Below, one piece after another: positions 13,000-25,498 of a DNA stretch of 64,000 nt (positions are counted from its first letter, which is position 1; the number at the start of each line of letters is the position of its first letter). Origin of the DNA: Isurus oxyrinchus (Eukaryota); NCBI GenBank assembly GCA_026770705.1, contig JANJGN010000007.1, positions 97,402,001-97,466,000 of the forward strand, written 5' to 3'. The notes under the pieces were generated by a model that ran no database searches, had not been told where the DNA came from, and saw nothing but the letters and a program-made list of their open reading frames with translations. A program made the translations under genes and the position numbers.

Positions 13000-14730
13000 C
13001 CCTTCCAGTGCCAGTTGATCTTGTCACCAGCAGAATTGTTCAGTCGCAATAAACATTACCAAGTTACGAGAAGTAGCAGCCAATCATGATGAGCTACATT
13101 CAGTCACCACCAGCGCCATCAATCTGTCGCTACCATCGCGCAGTCACATTCAGAAACAAATTGCTAAAAGTGCTGATAAGGATTCATTACTCACATTGGC
13201 CGATGAATGTAACAGAGAACATCGATTTAAGGTGATACGAAAAAAGTGGAGACAGCAACTTTAGGAACGCGTTTCTTATTTTAAACAGCGAGTGTTTAGG
13301 ACCTGGAATGAACTGTCTTCAAAAGAGAATTGGATAATTTTCTGCAGGGGAGAACTGCCGTGCAAAGCAGAATAAAAATGGGGAGGCGGGTCGAGGTAAG
13401 TTGCTCTTGCACAGGGCCGGAATGCGCACGGGCGAACTGCCTCCTTATGTGCTGTAAACATTCTATGATTCTTTAAGTATATGATACTAGAAGCACAGAA
13501 ACATCAGTGGTGGCAACCAGTCATCACTGGCACCTGGTCACCCTGAACGCCAGTGCCCACTCATCAGCAGCGGCATCCCCCATTCACAAGCTCCATTAGC
13601 CATCCAGCAGCAGGACAACACAATCACAAGACACGACATCTTTCAGTCTACAGTAAAAGCGCTGCCTCCTGAAAAAGCATCCAATAACTAGCAAAAATAC
13701 AAATCGCCATCAGCGTAGCCCAGTCACCCAACAGCACCATTTCACAATCAACACCAAATATACTCCTCCCCCTGTTATCATCACCAATAGCTAGTCATTA
13801 GCAACATCATGAATAACCAGGAATATTCCCTATCAAAAACAACTCTAACTTATCAAAAGTGCATTCACTTTCCATAGAAAATGCGCGGTCGCCAGCAACA
13901 TCCAAACTCCAACAGGAACATGGGTCACAAGCAGTATCAAACAGACACTGCAACATCATCACTTGTCATCAACACCAATACGGGTCACCAGTAGCAACAT
14001 CTAATTAACAGAATAAATACCTAGACACCAGCACCATCACTTAGTGACAAGCAAGAAAATCGCGATCACCAGCAATTGTATTACTTAGTCTCAAGCAGCA
14101 AAATGCAGCATCCAGTTACCAAAATAATCAACCAGATATCAAGAAATTCATCCATTCACCAGCAGGACCATTGCACAGTCAGCAACAACAACAGCTCCTA
14201 GTTACCATTGCCAACACTTCGGGAGATGGTGGTGTAGTGGCAACATCAATGGGCAAATCGTTCAGAGGCCCAGGCTAATGGTCTGTTCAGGGGGTTTCAA
14301 AACCCACCACGGCAAACAGTGGGGTTGTAATTCAGTTAATACTTCTGCAATTGAAAGCCAACTTCAGCAATGTTGCCCGTGAAACTATTAATTGTCACCA
14401 AAACCTATTTGTTCCTTCAGGGAAATAAATCTGCCATCTGCTAAATATGACGTTGCCCTGGTCTGGCCTACATGTGACTCCAGATCTACAGCAATTGACT
14501 CTTAACTGTCAACTGAAACGGCCGAGTCAGCCATTCAGTTAACGATCAATTAGGGGTGAGCAGTAAATTCTGGCCTTGCCTGTCACACCCACATCCCATG
14601 AAAGAGTAAAGAAACAGTAGCCAGATTACCCAATCACCAGCATCATTGCCCAGTTGCCAGCAAATCGCACAATTAGTAGCAGAACGTTGGTGGCACCAAG
14701 AGAATTAGCCAGACACAATCAGTAACCTGC
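13000..14730 (+). repeat. Highly degenerate ~20-23 bp tandem repeat array (consensus ~CATCACCCAGTCACCAGCAG), interrupted by a CR1 tail and a SINE; paralog 43140-45270
   Basis: Recurrent cagtcaccagcag-like units with strong C/A strand bias. Confidence 0.6.
14222..14614 (+). mobile_element. tRNA-derived SINE with LINE-derived 3' tail (paralog 44760-45157)
   Basis: A-box tggtgtagtgg, B-box-like gtttcaaaacc, tail ggccttgcc..cccacatcccatgaa shared with the L2-like LINE ends. Confidence 0.7.
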
Positions 14731-14762
14731 ACAACATAAAGAACAATTTATTCGAGCGAAGT

Positions 14763-15625
14763 ATCATAGAGTCATAGAAGTCTACAGCACAGAAAAAGGC
14801 CTCTCGGCCCATCGGGTCTGTGCTGGTCAAACAAGTACCTAACTATTCTAATTCAATTTTCCAGCACTAGGCCCATAGACTTGTATGCCATGGTATTGCA
14901 AGTGCACATCCAAATATTTCTTAAATATAATGAGGGTTCATGCCTCTACCATCTTTTCAGGCAGTGAGTTCCTGATTCCTGCCCCCCTCTGGGTGAAAAA
15001 AAAAATCTTCCTCACATCCCCTCGAATCCTCCTGACCCCTCAATCAAGGAGAAAATTCCTTCCCATCTACCCAATCTATGCCCCTCATAATTTTACACAC
15101 ATCAATCATGCGCCACCACCCCCCACTCCCCCTCCTCCTCTAACCCCCCCACCCACCATCCCTTCAATCTCCTCTGCTCCAGGGAAAATAACCCCAGTAC
15201 ATCCAATCTCTCCTCATAACTCTCCTCAAACTCTCCAGCCCAGGCAACATCCAGGTAAATCTCCTCTATACTCTGTCTAGTGCAATCACATCCTTCCTAC
15301 AATGCAAATCCCAGAACTGTACACAATACCCTAGCTGTAGCCTAACAAATGTTTTATACAGCTCCAGCATAAACCCATACTCTTACATTCTTTGCCTATT
15401 TCTAGGAATATGTTGGCTCAGTACTCTCCCTATTTCCTTCTTGAATGAATCCCACTGGTCTAACGCAGATTTACCTAAAGTTGACTGCTCCCATTCCACT
15501 CTGGCCAAATCATACTTGATCTTGTTGAAATCGCCCTTCCCCCAATGTAGAACTCTGACTTCTGACCCATCCTTGTTCATGACAACCTTGAATCTATCGG
15601 AGTTATGATTACTATCTGCAAAATG
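14763..15625 (-). mobile_element. CR1 3' end plus internal fragment (paralog 45305-46190)
   Basis: Reverse tail atcatagagtcatagaa; WGKGDFNKIK-type ORF2 fragment. Confidence 0.75.
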
Positions 15626-16221
15626 CTACCCCCACCCCCACATCGCAACAGTTCATTGAGAGCTGTGATCTATAATTTGAGTGGAGGTACTATCATTTCG
15701 ACCAACCTGGCTGTCATCAGTTCCAATCCTCCAAGTCTGCTGCAAGCCTGAGACATTGTCGGCAGTGGTGTGTAACGTCCTAGGTAGCGAAGGACTGTTG
15801 AGAAAAATGCGATGTTGTCCTGTGTCCAGCTGTGTTTCCATTGTGTAGTCGCAGTTCCCTGTGACCAAACGATGCAGGGAAACGTGAATGGAGCAAGAGC
15901 ACTTCCACCGCAACCGAACAACAGTCTCAGTAATACATTTGTTCAGAGCTGCAGCAGTTCGGAAACTTTCATCTGATGCGAAAATGATACATCTTCACAT
16001 CAACAACTAAGATATGTGGGCGGCTTTAACTGCCACAGCGTCTTATCAGCTCTGACGTGAAAACAAAATCAGTGTATTGAAGTTGTCGCTTCAGCGACCT
16101 TGTGAATCTTTACATCATAACAAGTTCAATGTCAGATTTTCTTCAAATCTTTCCATACGGCACCATCCAGTGTTTCCCACAGACTTGGAGCAACAGTGAT
16201 TGAGTTGTTTGTGTGCGCAAA

Positions 16222-16260
16222 ATGCCAATGCTGGGTGTGCTGTGATACGTCTCAACACTG
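16222..16260 (+). pseudogene. Truncated leader exon of the pseudogene (MPMLGVL*)
   Basis: Aligns to 46807-46845, then jumps to sequence matching 48535 onward. Confidence 0.75.
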
Positions 16261-18490
16261 TCAAAGCCTGCGAACTCGAACATGGCACATGTATCCCTCC
16301 TCGTTGCTATCTCCTCACCAACCGACTATTCATGCTACTGATAAACCCCGACTTCATAATCTTGACCATTAACGTTTTGTATGGCACCTTATCAAATGAT
16401 TTTTGGAAATCCAATTGTACAACGTCGACATTTTCATTTTCGTTTACCCTACCAGTTACATCTTGAAACACAAAGACTGAAACATGCAATACATGTGTCA
16501 AATACGAGTTCGGTTTCTTGAAAGCACGATAGCATTGTCACACCATGTTTTTCGAACTACTTTATTAAGAATTGTTACATAAGTAGGTCTAGCACTTTCC
16601 CGAAGGTGATTCCAGGCTCATTGCCCTGCTATTTTCTGTTTTCTTTCTAACTTTGTTCTCCAAAGCGGCGTTACATTTGCTAACTTTTAATCTGGTGGGA
16701 CCCTTCAGCACCTAGAGGATTTTGGAAAATCGTAACTAGCACATTCACCGTCTCTGCAGACATATATTTTCGCAATTTAGGATGTAGGCCATCAAGACCT
16801 CTTGGTTTGTCGGATTTTAGATATTCAAATTTTCTTCAGTACAGTTTCTCTACTGATATTTAAATGAGATTTTGTGCTGATATCAAGCACCTGGTGCAGC
16901 ATGACTGGGTACAATATATTCCTGGATACAAAGCGTTAAAGAAGGATAGGAAATCAAAGTAAGGCAGTCAAGTCGCAGTATTGATTAAACAGCGTTGCAG
17001 TATGGGAGAGATACTGCGAACAGCAACGGGATATGTTCGGTTAGAGCCATGAAATAATGGTTGTATTTCAAGTACTCGATGTATTTTATAGGAAATCAAC
17101 TCGTGCAGACGACACAGAGGGACAAATTTGCAAGAAACTTAGAGAATTGCAAGAGTTATGGGCTAATTATAATGAAGAACATTTTTTTTCAAAATGGGCT
17201 AGGGTGCTAAGGGCAAAGGTTCCTCCAGGGTCTTCAAGATTTTGTTGTATATCAGCATGTTTTCAGTGCAACGAGGAAGGAGGCAATACTGGAATTAGTT
17301 CTGATGAATGAAGTGGTACAAATGAATCAAGTGTCGGTAGGGTTACCAGGAGGAGAGATCCATTATAAAATCCTAAGCATTGCGTTGGCTATGGAGCAAA
17401 AAAGCAAAGAAGAATTCAGGTAAAAATAAGTAAGTCGGGGGGAGTCAAATTTAATGATGTGAGAATATGCCTGAGCCAGGAAAAATCATATTGAAGATTG
17501 GCGCACCAAACCGTGATGGAAAGACCTTTAAAGGCGATATATTTCAAGTAAATTTTTGGCCTAGGGACAGGAAACGGCGGATGGTGGTGAACAGTTTTTT
17601 TTTCAAATAGGAGGAATTTTGTCACGGGGTTCACCAGGTGCCCGTGCTAGAACCAGTTTTTCTTAACAAATATTAATGACCTAGAATTGAGTATACAGGG
17701 TACAATTTCAAAGGTTTCATGTGACATATAAATTGGAAATATTGTTACCTGAGAGGAGGTTAGTTGTAAACTTCAGAGCACAGCGACCGGCTAGGGCAAT
17801 GGGCAGACAAGTCACGGTAAATTTTAATGCAGAGAACTTTGAAGTGTGTTTAAGACCAGAGGGGCCTGAGTTTTTGTGCTAGTAATTGAAGTTGGCGGTA
17901 TTGATTGCGGAAGTGCTTAATCAGCAAATGGGGTCCATGGCTTTATAAATGCCTCACATTTAGGGCCTTATCATTAGAACCCATTGGAATATTGTGTCCG
18001 GTTCTAAGCATCAAAATTTAGAAATGAAGCGAAACATTATAGAAGTTGCAGAACGATTCACAGGAATGGTTCCACAGATGAGAAGCTTCTGTATTGTGGA
18101 ATGACTTGGGAAGTTGGGTGGTTCTCCTTAGAGAGGAGAAGATTAAGAGCACACTTGATAGAGGCGATAAAAATCATCAGCGATCTGGACAGAGCAAATA
18201 AAAACAATTGTTGCCGTTAGCGATGCTATCAAGAATTTGAGAACATATTAACAAGAGGTTTGATCCAGAAAGCAACCAGAACACAAAGAACACATTGTAG
18301 GCGGCGAGTGGTTACTATCCGAAAGACGCTGCTTGAGAGAGTGATACAAGCAGGTTCAATTAACACCTTCAAAATAAAAAATCTTCCAGAGCTACCGGAT
18401 GAAGGCAGGGGAGTGCAATTAGTGAGTTTCACTTGGAGGGAGCCGACGTGTTGAATGCTACATTTCTCTGTTGGAAGCGTTCTAGGATTC
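16261..18490. mobile_element. Old CR1 fragments in intron 2 (paralog 47800-50600)
   Basis: VDVV.LDFQK.FDKVP on the minus strand; plus-strand RT C-terminal fragments. Confidence 0.7.
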
Positions 18491-19322
18491 TGGCATACGC
18501 ACGGATCTTCGTATGTACACTTGCTTGGGATAACATATTTTTGTGTACACTTATTTGGCTTTTCTCTCTTTTTATTTGTGTTCCGTGAGCTGTGACAAAG
18601 ACTCGAAATTATTTCTGCAATGCGGGAACTGGGGTCAAAACCTGTACCTTATCTCTAAAGTGAATCCATTAAGTTAGTTTTATTACACACATCCTTTTTA
18701 TGTTAGACGTTAAGAACAACGCCCAGGCTGAACTAAAGGCAAGATTGTTTTCCGTGTTACTGTAACTATTAAACACTTCGTGCAACTATCTTACAGAATG
18801 CAATGCCTCCCTATTGGCAAAGCTGCAAACTAGATTGAACAGATATGGCCAATACTTCGCGGCGTTGAAACTCTGGAATTCCTTTCCGAACAGAATGTGG
18901 AATGCAGTTCACCATGCGGAATGCAGCGGTTCAAGCAGGCAGCTCACCGTCACCTTCTCAAGGGCAATTCTGGATGTGCAATTAATGTTTGCCTTGCCAA
19001 CGACGCCTACATCCTACGAACGAATAAAACAACCAAAGGTGTAAATCACAGAGAAGTACCTGACAACAGTTTTAAGACGTCGCACTGATGGATTCTATTT
19101 AACTGCGTCTTATGCTATTTGCAGTGCACACGCATGGAGTCGTTCCTCAGCCATTGCAGAATGAGGGTAAGAATGAAATAAAAACAAATCAAAATTAATC
19201 TCGCGATAACTATCCTTACACTCCAGCTGCGAAAGCGTCTAGCTTCTTGGCTGCCATTCATTTTTTCTCTGATGTAATACACGAATTCCAATTTTAACTA
19301 GTTTATGTTAAATAATCCCCAA

Positions 19323-19600
19323 TGCCGCCAACACCTGTCAAGATTATCCGCCTGTCCTATCCGCCCCTCACACTCCTCTGTACAACTGCTGGCTCCGTAG
19401 GCGGTTAACATCACTTGGTACGAAAATTGCATCGAACGTACATCTGGGATAAACTCCACGGTAATAAAGAAAGAGGAGAGATTATATGAGTCTTCAAACT
19501 TCGTCCGCCCTATGGAGAAAGAACCGGTTTATGCATATCAGGTATCTCCATGTCTTTCTCGAGGATCCAGCCAGCGAGAGCTACAGAGTTCGTGGTCAGG
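19323..19600 (+). pseudogene. Disrupted C1 exon of the pseudogene
   Basis: Aligns to 51398-51679. Acceptor is ccccaa|; 5-nt deletion in the GFFP region; 1-nt insertion; second Cys TGC>TAT; donor gtaaca retained. Confidence 0.85.
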
Positions 19601-19874
19601 GTAACATTCAGGCATTCAAAATAAGCTGTACCTCTGAAAAATATAGAGGCCTGTGAAGCACGTTTTGGTTTCTTAATCTGTACCAAAACTTTCTTATGGG
19701 TGAGTTTGTAGAAATTTGCTGTGCTCAATGCAATATCAAAAATATTTTCCCGAAGTGCCAGACTATAACGTTGTACTTAAAGTACAGTGGTGTGCGATTG
19801 GAGGACATATAATGGTTTGAAAATAAAATTGGCTTCATTCTGAAAGGAAGAGTATTATAATTTGTAATAACATT

Positions 19875-21460
19875 ATTTTTATTCTTTCACGGACTCAGGG
19901 AATTGCTGGCTAGGCCAGCATTTTTGACATACAACTACACTTGAGAAGGTGGTAGTGAGACGGCTTCTTGAACCATTGCAGGCCATGTGATGCAGATATA
20001 CATGCAGTGCTGTCATGAAGGGGATTCTAGGACTTTGACGTAATGGCAGTGAAGGAATGGTGGTGCAGTTCCAAGTTGGGATGGCATATGTGTTGCAGGG
20101 GAATTTGCAGATGAGCATGATCCCATGCAGCTGCTGCCATTTCTCTTCGAGGTGATAGAGCTCGACTGTTTGGCTGGTACTGTTCAAGGTTCTTTGGTGA
20201 GCTCCTGCAGCGCATCTTGCAGATGGTACACACTGCTACCACTGTGCGTCCCTGCTGGAGGTATGAATATGTAATGCGTGGACTGTGTGCCAAACAAGCA
20301 GCCTGCTTTGTTCTTGATGGTTTCCAGCTTCTTAAGTGTTGGAGCTGCAGTCATCCGGGCAAGTGGAGAGTATCCCATCACACTCCCAACTTGTACCTTG
20401 TAGATTGTGGACAGTCTGTGGAACAGTCAGGAGTTGAGCTACTCGCCGCAGAATGCAAACCCTTGGACATGCTTCTGATGACAAAATATTTATATGTCAG
20501 GTCCACTTCACTTTCCGGTCAATAATAGCCCCCACGATGTTGCTAGAAGGGCTTTCAGCGATGGCAAAGCCATTGAATATCAAGGGGAGATGGCACAATT
20601 CTCTCCTCTTGAAGATGGCCATTGATTGGCACATGTGTGGCGTCGTTAGCATGTTCCAGGCCTGAATGTTATCCAGGCCTTGCTGTGTATGGACACGGAC
20701 TGTTTCAGCTTATGAGACTCACCAATCGTACTGAACATTGTGAAATCATCAGTTAACTGCCCCACTTAAATGGAGGGAAGGTCACTGGTGGAGCAGCTGA
20801 AGGTGGTTGGGTCTAGGACACTACCCTGAGGAGCCCCTTCAGCAATGTCTAGAGACAGAGAGCATTGAGCTGCAACAGTCAAAACCAGCTTCCTTGGTGC
20901 TAGATATAATTCCAACTATTGGAGAACTTACCTGCTTCCCATTGACTCCAGTTGTGTGAGGGCTCCTTGATGCCCCATTCAGCCAAATACTGCCTTTATT
21001 TTAAGGGCACTCACTTTTACCTCACCTCTTGAGTTCTGCTTATTTGTCCATGTTTGGACAAAGGCTGTCATGATATCAGGAACTGAATGGCCTTGGCAGA
21101 ACCCAAAGTGGGTGGTTATTGCAGAGTAAGTGCCGCTTGTGTGCAGATTCATTGATATTTCTAATACCTTTGCGGATGATCAAGGGCAAACTTATGGGGC
21201 AGTCGTTGCTGGGTTGGCTGGATTCTCATTTTTTTGTTCACAGAGCATACCAGGGGAAGCATCCATATAGTTCTGCAGATCCCAGTGTTTTAGCTGTAAT
21301 GGAACAGCTTGGGATAGCGGGCGAATAGTTCTGCAGCACAAGTCGTCATTTCTATTACAGGAATGTTTTCAGAGTCCATTGTCTTTGTTGTACCCAAAGT
21401 CTTCAGCTGTTTCTTGATATAACGTAGGGTGAACCAATTTGGCTGATGACTGGCATCTGT
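19875..21460 (-). mobile_element. L2-like LINE 3' portion in intron 3 (paralog 51965-53200)
   Basis: Minus-strand LSTIYK.QV.S.MEHSP, C.I.KM.C.NSP fragments; same 3' tail as the SINE. Confidence 0.7.
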
Positions 21461-22514
21461 GATATCTGAAAATACAAATTCATTGCTAATATCGACAGTT
21501 GGGTGCCATCACTGAATGCTTTCTTGCACTCTTGAAAAAGCACCCTTGACCACTATGGTTTGTGTAGAATCCCTTTGACATTTTTGCATGCAATGTGCAG
21601 TTGTCCCTTAAATCGCATGGGTTTTGTGTTTAAAAACATCCAAATATGTGGTCCTTTTCTCTGAAGCCCTTTGAGTGTCAATATGTAGAAAAACAACCAT
21701 AGTGCTTATGGACCTTTTCAATTAATTTACCAAATAAATCAGCCATGTAAGTCAAACCCGATTTGTTTTTAACAATCTGTGCTCACTTTCATTTAGCAGC
21801 CTATTCTATTTTTTTCAAATACGAAGTAATTTTGTCCCGATTTGAGGTATTTAAATATGTTTGTACTACGTTAGCTCACTGGCCGGTAGTTACTGCATTT
21901 ACACATCGCCACACTTTGAAAACAGGTGTAACAGTTGTCTTCCCTTAAGTATTTTGCACGAATCCATGACGAGGGCCTGACCACCAGATTTCCCACAACG
22001 ATATCTCCAAAAACAGGAGGCAGATCACCTTTGATGTAGTTGATGTCATTCCCTACAACACATTTTTCATCACCTTCGACTAAATCCCCCATAATTTATG
22101 CTCGGTGTCTGGAACTGGGTTTCTTTATTAAACAGTCTAATTGATGTTTCTTTCTGACACACTGTTACAGAGGGAGGGACAGACAGAAGCTCCCAAATAT
22201 AGTTCAGCCTAAACACATGTATACGCTCATCAATCATGAACAATGCTGCATAACGATTGAATAAATTATGACAATTAATGATAATGAAATGCTGATATTA
22301 TCACTGATATTTAATGTGTTGTTACACTGTTGTGTACTTTAGTCATTGAATCCTGCTATTATATGACCCCCAGAATAAGAGGTAATTAGATTGGTATCTT
22401 CTTGAGGTATGATGGCTGTGAAAAGCCGATTCTGTCTGATATCTGACGTTGCCTAATTATTTAGCGTCCTTCTATTTGTAAGATGCTAACATTCGACTTT
22501 TTCCACCCGTTTAG

Positions 22515-22621
22515 CTAACGGTTCCCGTACTGTCCCCTATATTTTTGGATGTTCTGCGGGAGGGTTAATAATTCTAATCCCGATAATTGTGGTCAAACCT
22601 CGGAAATATGTATAACTAAAG
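22515..22621 (+). pseudogene. TM exon of the pseudogene
   Basis: Aligns to 54123-54230; a 1-nt deletion after RK gives TAA. Confidence 0.8.
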
Positions 22622-23158
22622 GTAAGGCGTGAAACTACAGTCGTTCAAAATTGGGTTTTATCGTCTAATTACTGTTCAACCCCGCAGTAGCAGAGCTTAT
22701 AAGGCTCAGTGGGTTCTCCATTTCCAGGGCGGTGCCCATTGCACTAAAAGTAATTGTTCATCTGGAACCCAGTGAGCTGACGAGAACGGACCTAAAATGC
22801 AATATAATGTTTAGATTGTTTTCACTATGCGTGGGTAGTAAGCCTGACGGTATTTCATTATTTACGGCAACAGGGCATCGTGTGAAATCGATAAATTAAA
22901 AACCAGCAATTTTCGTCTGTGAAGGGAGGGACAAAACGTTGAATAGAAATAGTCAATGAAGCCGTGGGAATATAACATGTAACAGATGTTCAGCTGTAAA
23001 ATGAACACATTTTCATTCAGCAGCAGGAAGGGATGTGACGTCCATACTGATGGTAAGTCTGATCACTTCGTTTCAATTTTGGACAACTTTTGCCGATATG
23101 TCCCCGCATCAAGTTTATGATGAAATTTTTCATTGATGTAGCTTTTGTTGTCTAACAG

Positions 23159-23202
23159 GCGCAGAGAATACGGATGCTATACCTGGCCAGTTCGAGGAGC
23201 AG
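23159..23202 (+). pseudogene. 44-nt micro-exon of the pseudogene (GAENTDAIPGQFEEQ)
   Basis: ctaacag|...cag|gtctgt; aligns to 54704-54747. Confidence 0.7.
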
Positions 23203-23860
23203 GTCTGTTTCAGGCTGATGCATTATTGAAATATGCTGCGCACTTAAGTCATCGTTATATCAGTAATGCTGTGACATCAGAGCTTCTCCCGCCAAGTCCG
23301 TACGTCCCCCAGTGTCCTTCTCTGCTCTGATCATGCGGTCAATAACCCATAAGTACAGCAATGGTACGTGAATACATACAATTCTCCAGTCTTTGTAGAC
23401 AGTTGAGGATTTGCATCCTGTAAATGCGGATCCGATGGTTGGTCAAACGTGTGAAGCATAGCTTAGCTCACAGAACAGAAAATGCAGGAAAGGTAAGGCA
23501 GCTTTTGCGAACGGAAACATAGTCAACGCTTCATATTGATATTCAGTCATGACCATTTCAATTCAGTTATCAACGACTTCGTCCCCATCAACAGTTTATG
23601 GAGTGAGGGTGGGGGGAGGGGTCATGAGTGTTTACTGAGAGTTACCCTGTCATTACCCATCCCCAGCCCCAATTCTTCCTCCGCCCAGACCCACTCAGGC
23701 CAAATCCATGCTTCTGAACTCAGCAAACTCTGAACTTTCTATTGCATTAAATGATCAGTTGCACGATCCCACGCCGTGGGCAAATTGATTTCGAGCAGAT
23801 ATTAAGGTAATTGGCATGTGCTTCAGGGAGTTAGTAGTTTCTGTTTCCTTGCTTGACTAT

Positions 23861-25076
23861 TGCTGCAAATAAAGCGTGTTCATGATTTATTTCTTTTAGA
23901 ATATTGCGTTTCGTTTTGAGAATTAAAGCTTTAAGCTGTACATAAATGCGGACACCTGATTGAGCAAATGACAGTAACAACACTGATCTAAATGTAACTC
24001 AAAACACTTTGGTTTATTACACTTCAACGCTAGTTTGTGTGAATCTTGCAAGTTCAGAGTTGATAGTGAAACACTCGAACAATGAAACACTCTAAGTTTG
24101 TAGTGAATGAAAGATTTATACAACTGAATTTGAAATTCAAATTATTAATATGGCTTACTAAGAGAAGCGTGGAAAGTAAAAAATTAATTTACATTTATGT
24201 TTGACAATATCCCAATGGAAGCAACGGCATCATAGAGACGAGCTGTGGGGGTAGCGCTTTTTTGTTTTGTTTGTTTAAAATAGTTTTGTGTGTCGTTGAC
24301 AGAAGCGAGCATTTCACTTTGGGAAACAGCAAGAGGCAGTTGTAGCTTTGATCACCGTGTAGCCCTCGGAATTGGGAAAATAAATGTTAATCAGATCGGT
24401 CTGCCCTTCAATCTGAAGAAATACTAACAATCGTTAACCGTGTGGAACGCAGGTGAGGCTGTATCTCAGATTGGATTTTGTGGGGCTAAAATGCAGTTGG
24501 GAGATTTGCTGTAGCTTGCAGCTCATGGGTTAAATCTACCTGTGCTCCTTGTGGACCCTTGTGGCAGAAAGTAGTCAGTAGAGTTAGCTTGGAAAACTGT
24601 GAGAACGCAGTTAGCCATCTGACGGCAGCCCGAACAAGAAGCTGAGACATCTATAGCCGTGCTATCTGTATTGGAAAGGTAGAGAGTTTCATGGCGAAAA
24701 ATCAAATGGAAGGACCCCAGTAGAATATTGCTGTGGAGCATAGCTGGAACATCGGTGAAATTAAAAGTGAGTTCTGGATGGCTGTGACATAGCGTTGGGA
24801 TGTTTCCCAAAGAAATAAATGAACCTTCAAATTTGTTGCAATGCCTTAAGGAATTATACGGGTGCGGTTAAATAAAAAATCGGACTGAGTTCATAGCATA
24901 ATTAATGATAACAGAAGGTGTTAAATTTCTAACGTTAACACTGTTTGGTTACTTTTCATATTACATTGTTTGGTTCTTTTTTGTTTGTTTAAAAACGTGA
25001 AATCTTGTGCCTTGGTGCTGTGGGTTAATTTCTGGGTGTTCCGCTTTCTGTTTTAAATATTAACTAGATTGTGACA
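23861..25076. mobile_element. Probable solo LTR in the last intron of the pseudogene
   Basis: TG...CA termini (tgctgca / tgtgaca) flanked by the 4-bp direct repeat CTAT at 23857-23860 and 25077-25080. Confidence 0.55.
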
Positions 25077-25199
25077 CTATTACCACGCGGGCAATGTCAT
25101 ACTATCCTATGACCTGCACAATGTATACACTTTCTTCATTGCTATATTGCATTTGATGACTTGATATTCATATCATGTTTCTACACTACAGCTCCTTAG

Positions 25200-25331
25200 A
25201 TAATGCATGAAGGAGAGGCAGAGATTGTATCTTACACTGCTGTGAAATTTCGTGAACAGAAGAAAAATGGGAAACATCAGACTGTCTATGCTCAAGTACG
25301 ACTGAGAAACATAACAGCCCATTCCAACTAG
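25200..25331 (+). pseudogene. ITIM/ITSM exon of the pseudogene, still open (VSYTAV...TVYAQV)
   Basis: Aligns to 56743-56889 with 15 nt fewer in frame between the two motifs. Confidence 0.82.
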
Positions 25332-25355
25332 GACCACTATTGCCTGACCTCAGTA

Positions 25356-25498
25356 ACTCTTTCGAGAACAAACACGTTTCCATCTGTTCCTATTCAGATG
25401 AAGTAACATTGTTTCATAGTTTGCTATTGTGAGATTTGAACTCTTGATCTTGGGGTTACAAACCCAGTACCATAACCACTTGGCTATTTAGGCCAAGC
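25356..25498 (-). mobile_element. Short (143 bp) tRNA-Thr(TGT)-like SINE, specific to unit 1
   Basis: Minus strand reads TAGCCAAGTGG (A box) ... ctgggTTTGTAAcccc ... GTTCAAATC (B box). 13-bp TSD cctgacct(c/t)agta at 25343-25355 and 25499-25511. Empty site in unit 2 at ~56902. Confidence 0.75.

Larger units (their letters stand above)
16222..25331 (+). pseudogene. Pseudogenised tandem paralog of the VJ-C1-ITIM receptor (V exon deleted)
   Basis: Leader has CGA>TGA stop at 16243-16245. A deletion at 16260/16261 removes the leader donor and V exon. The C1 acceptor is AG>AA. C1 and TM exons are frameshifted. Confidence 0.88.

Noticed and set aside
13500-14215. Repeat array as CRISPR or an Ig switch region
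   Set aside because: Eukaryotic context, units too degenerate with no repeat-spacer structure, and it lies upstream of the gene rather than between V and C.
25425-25494. Functional tRNA-Thr gene
   Set aside because: Acceptor stem does not pair, and the segment is part of a TSD-flanked insertion, so it is a SINE head.
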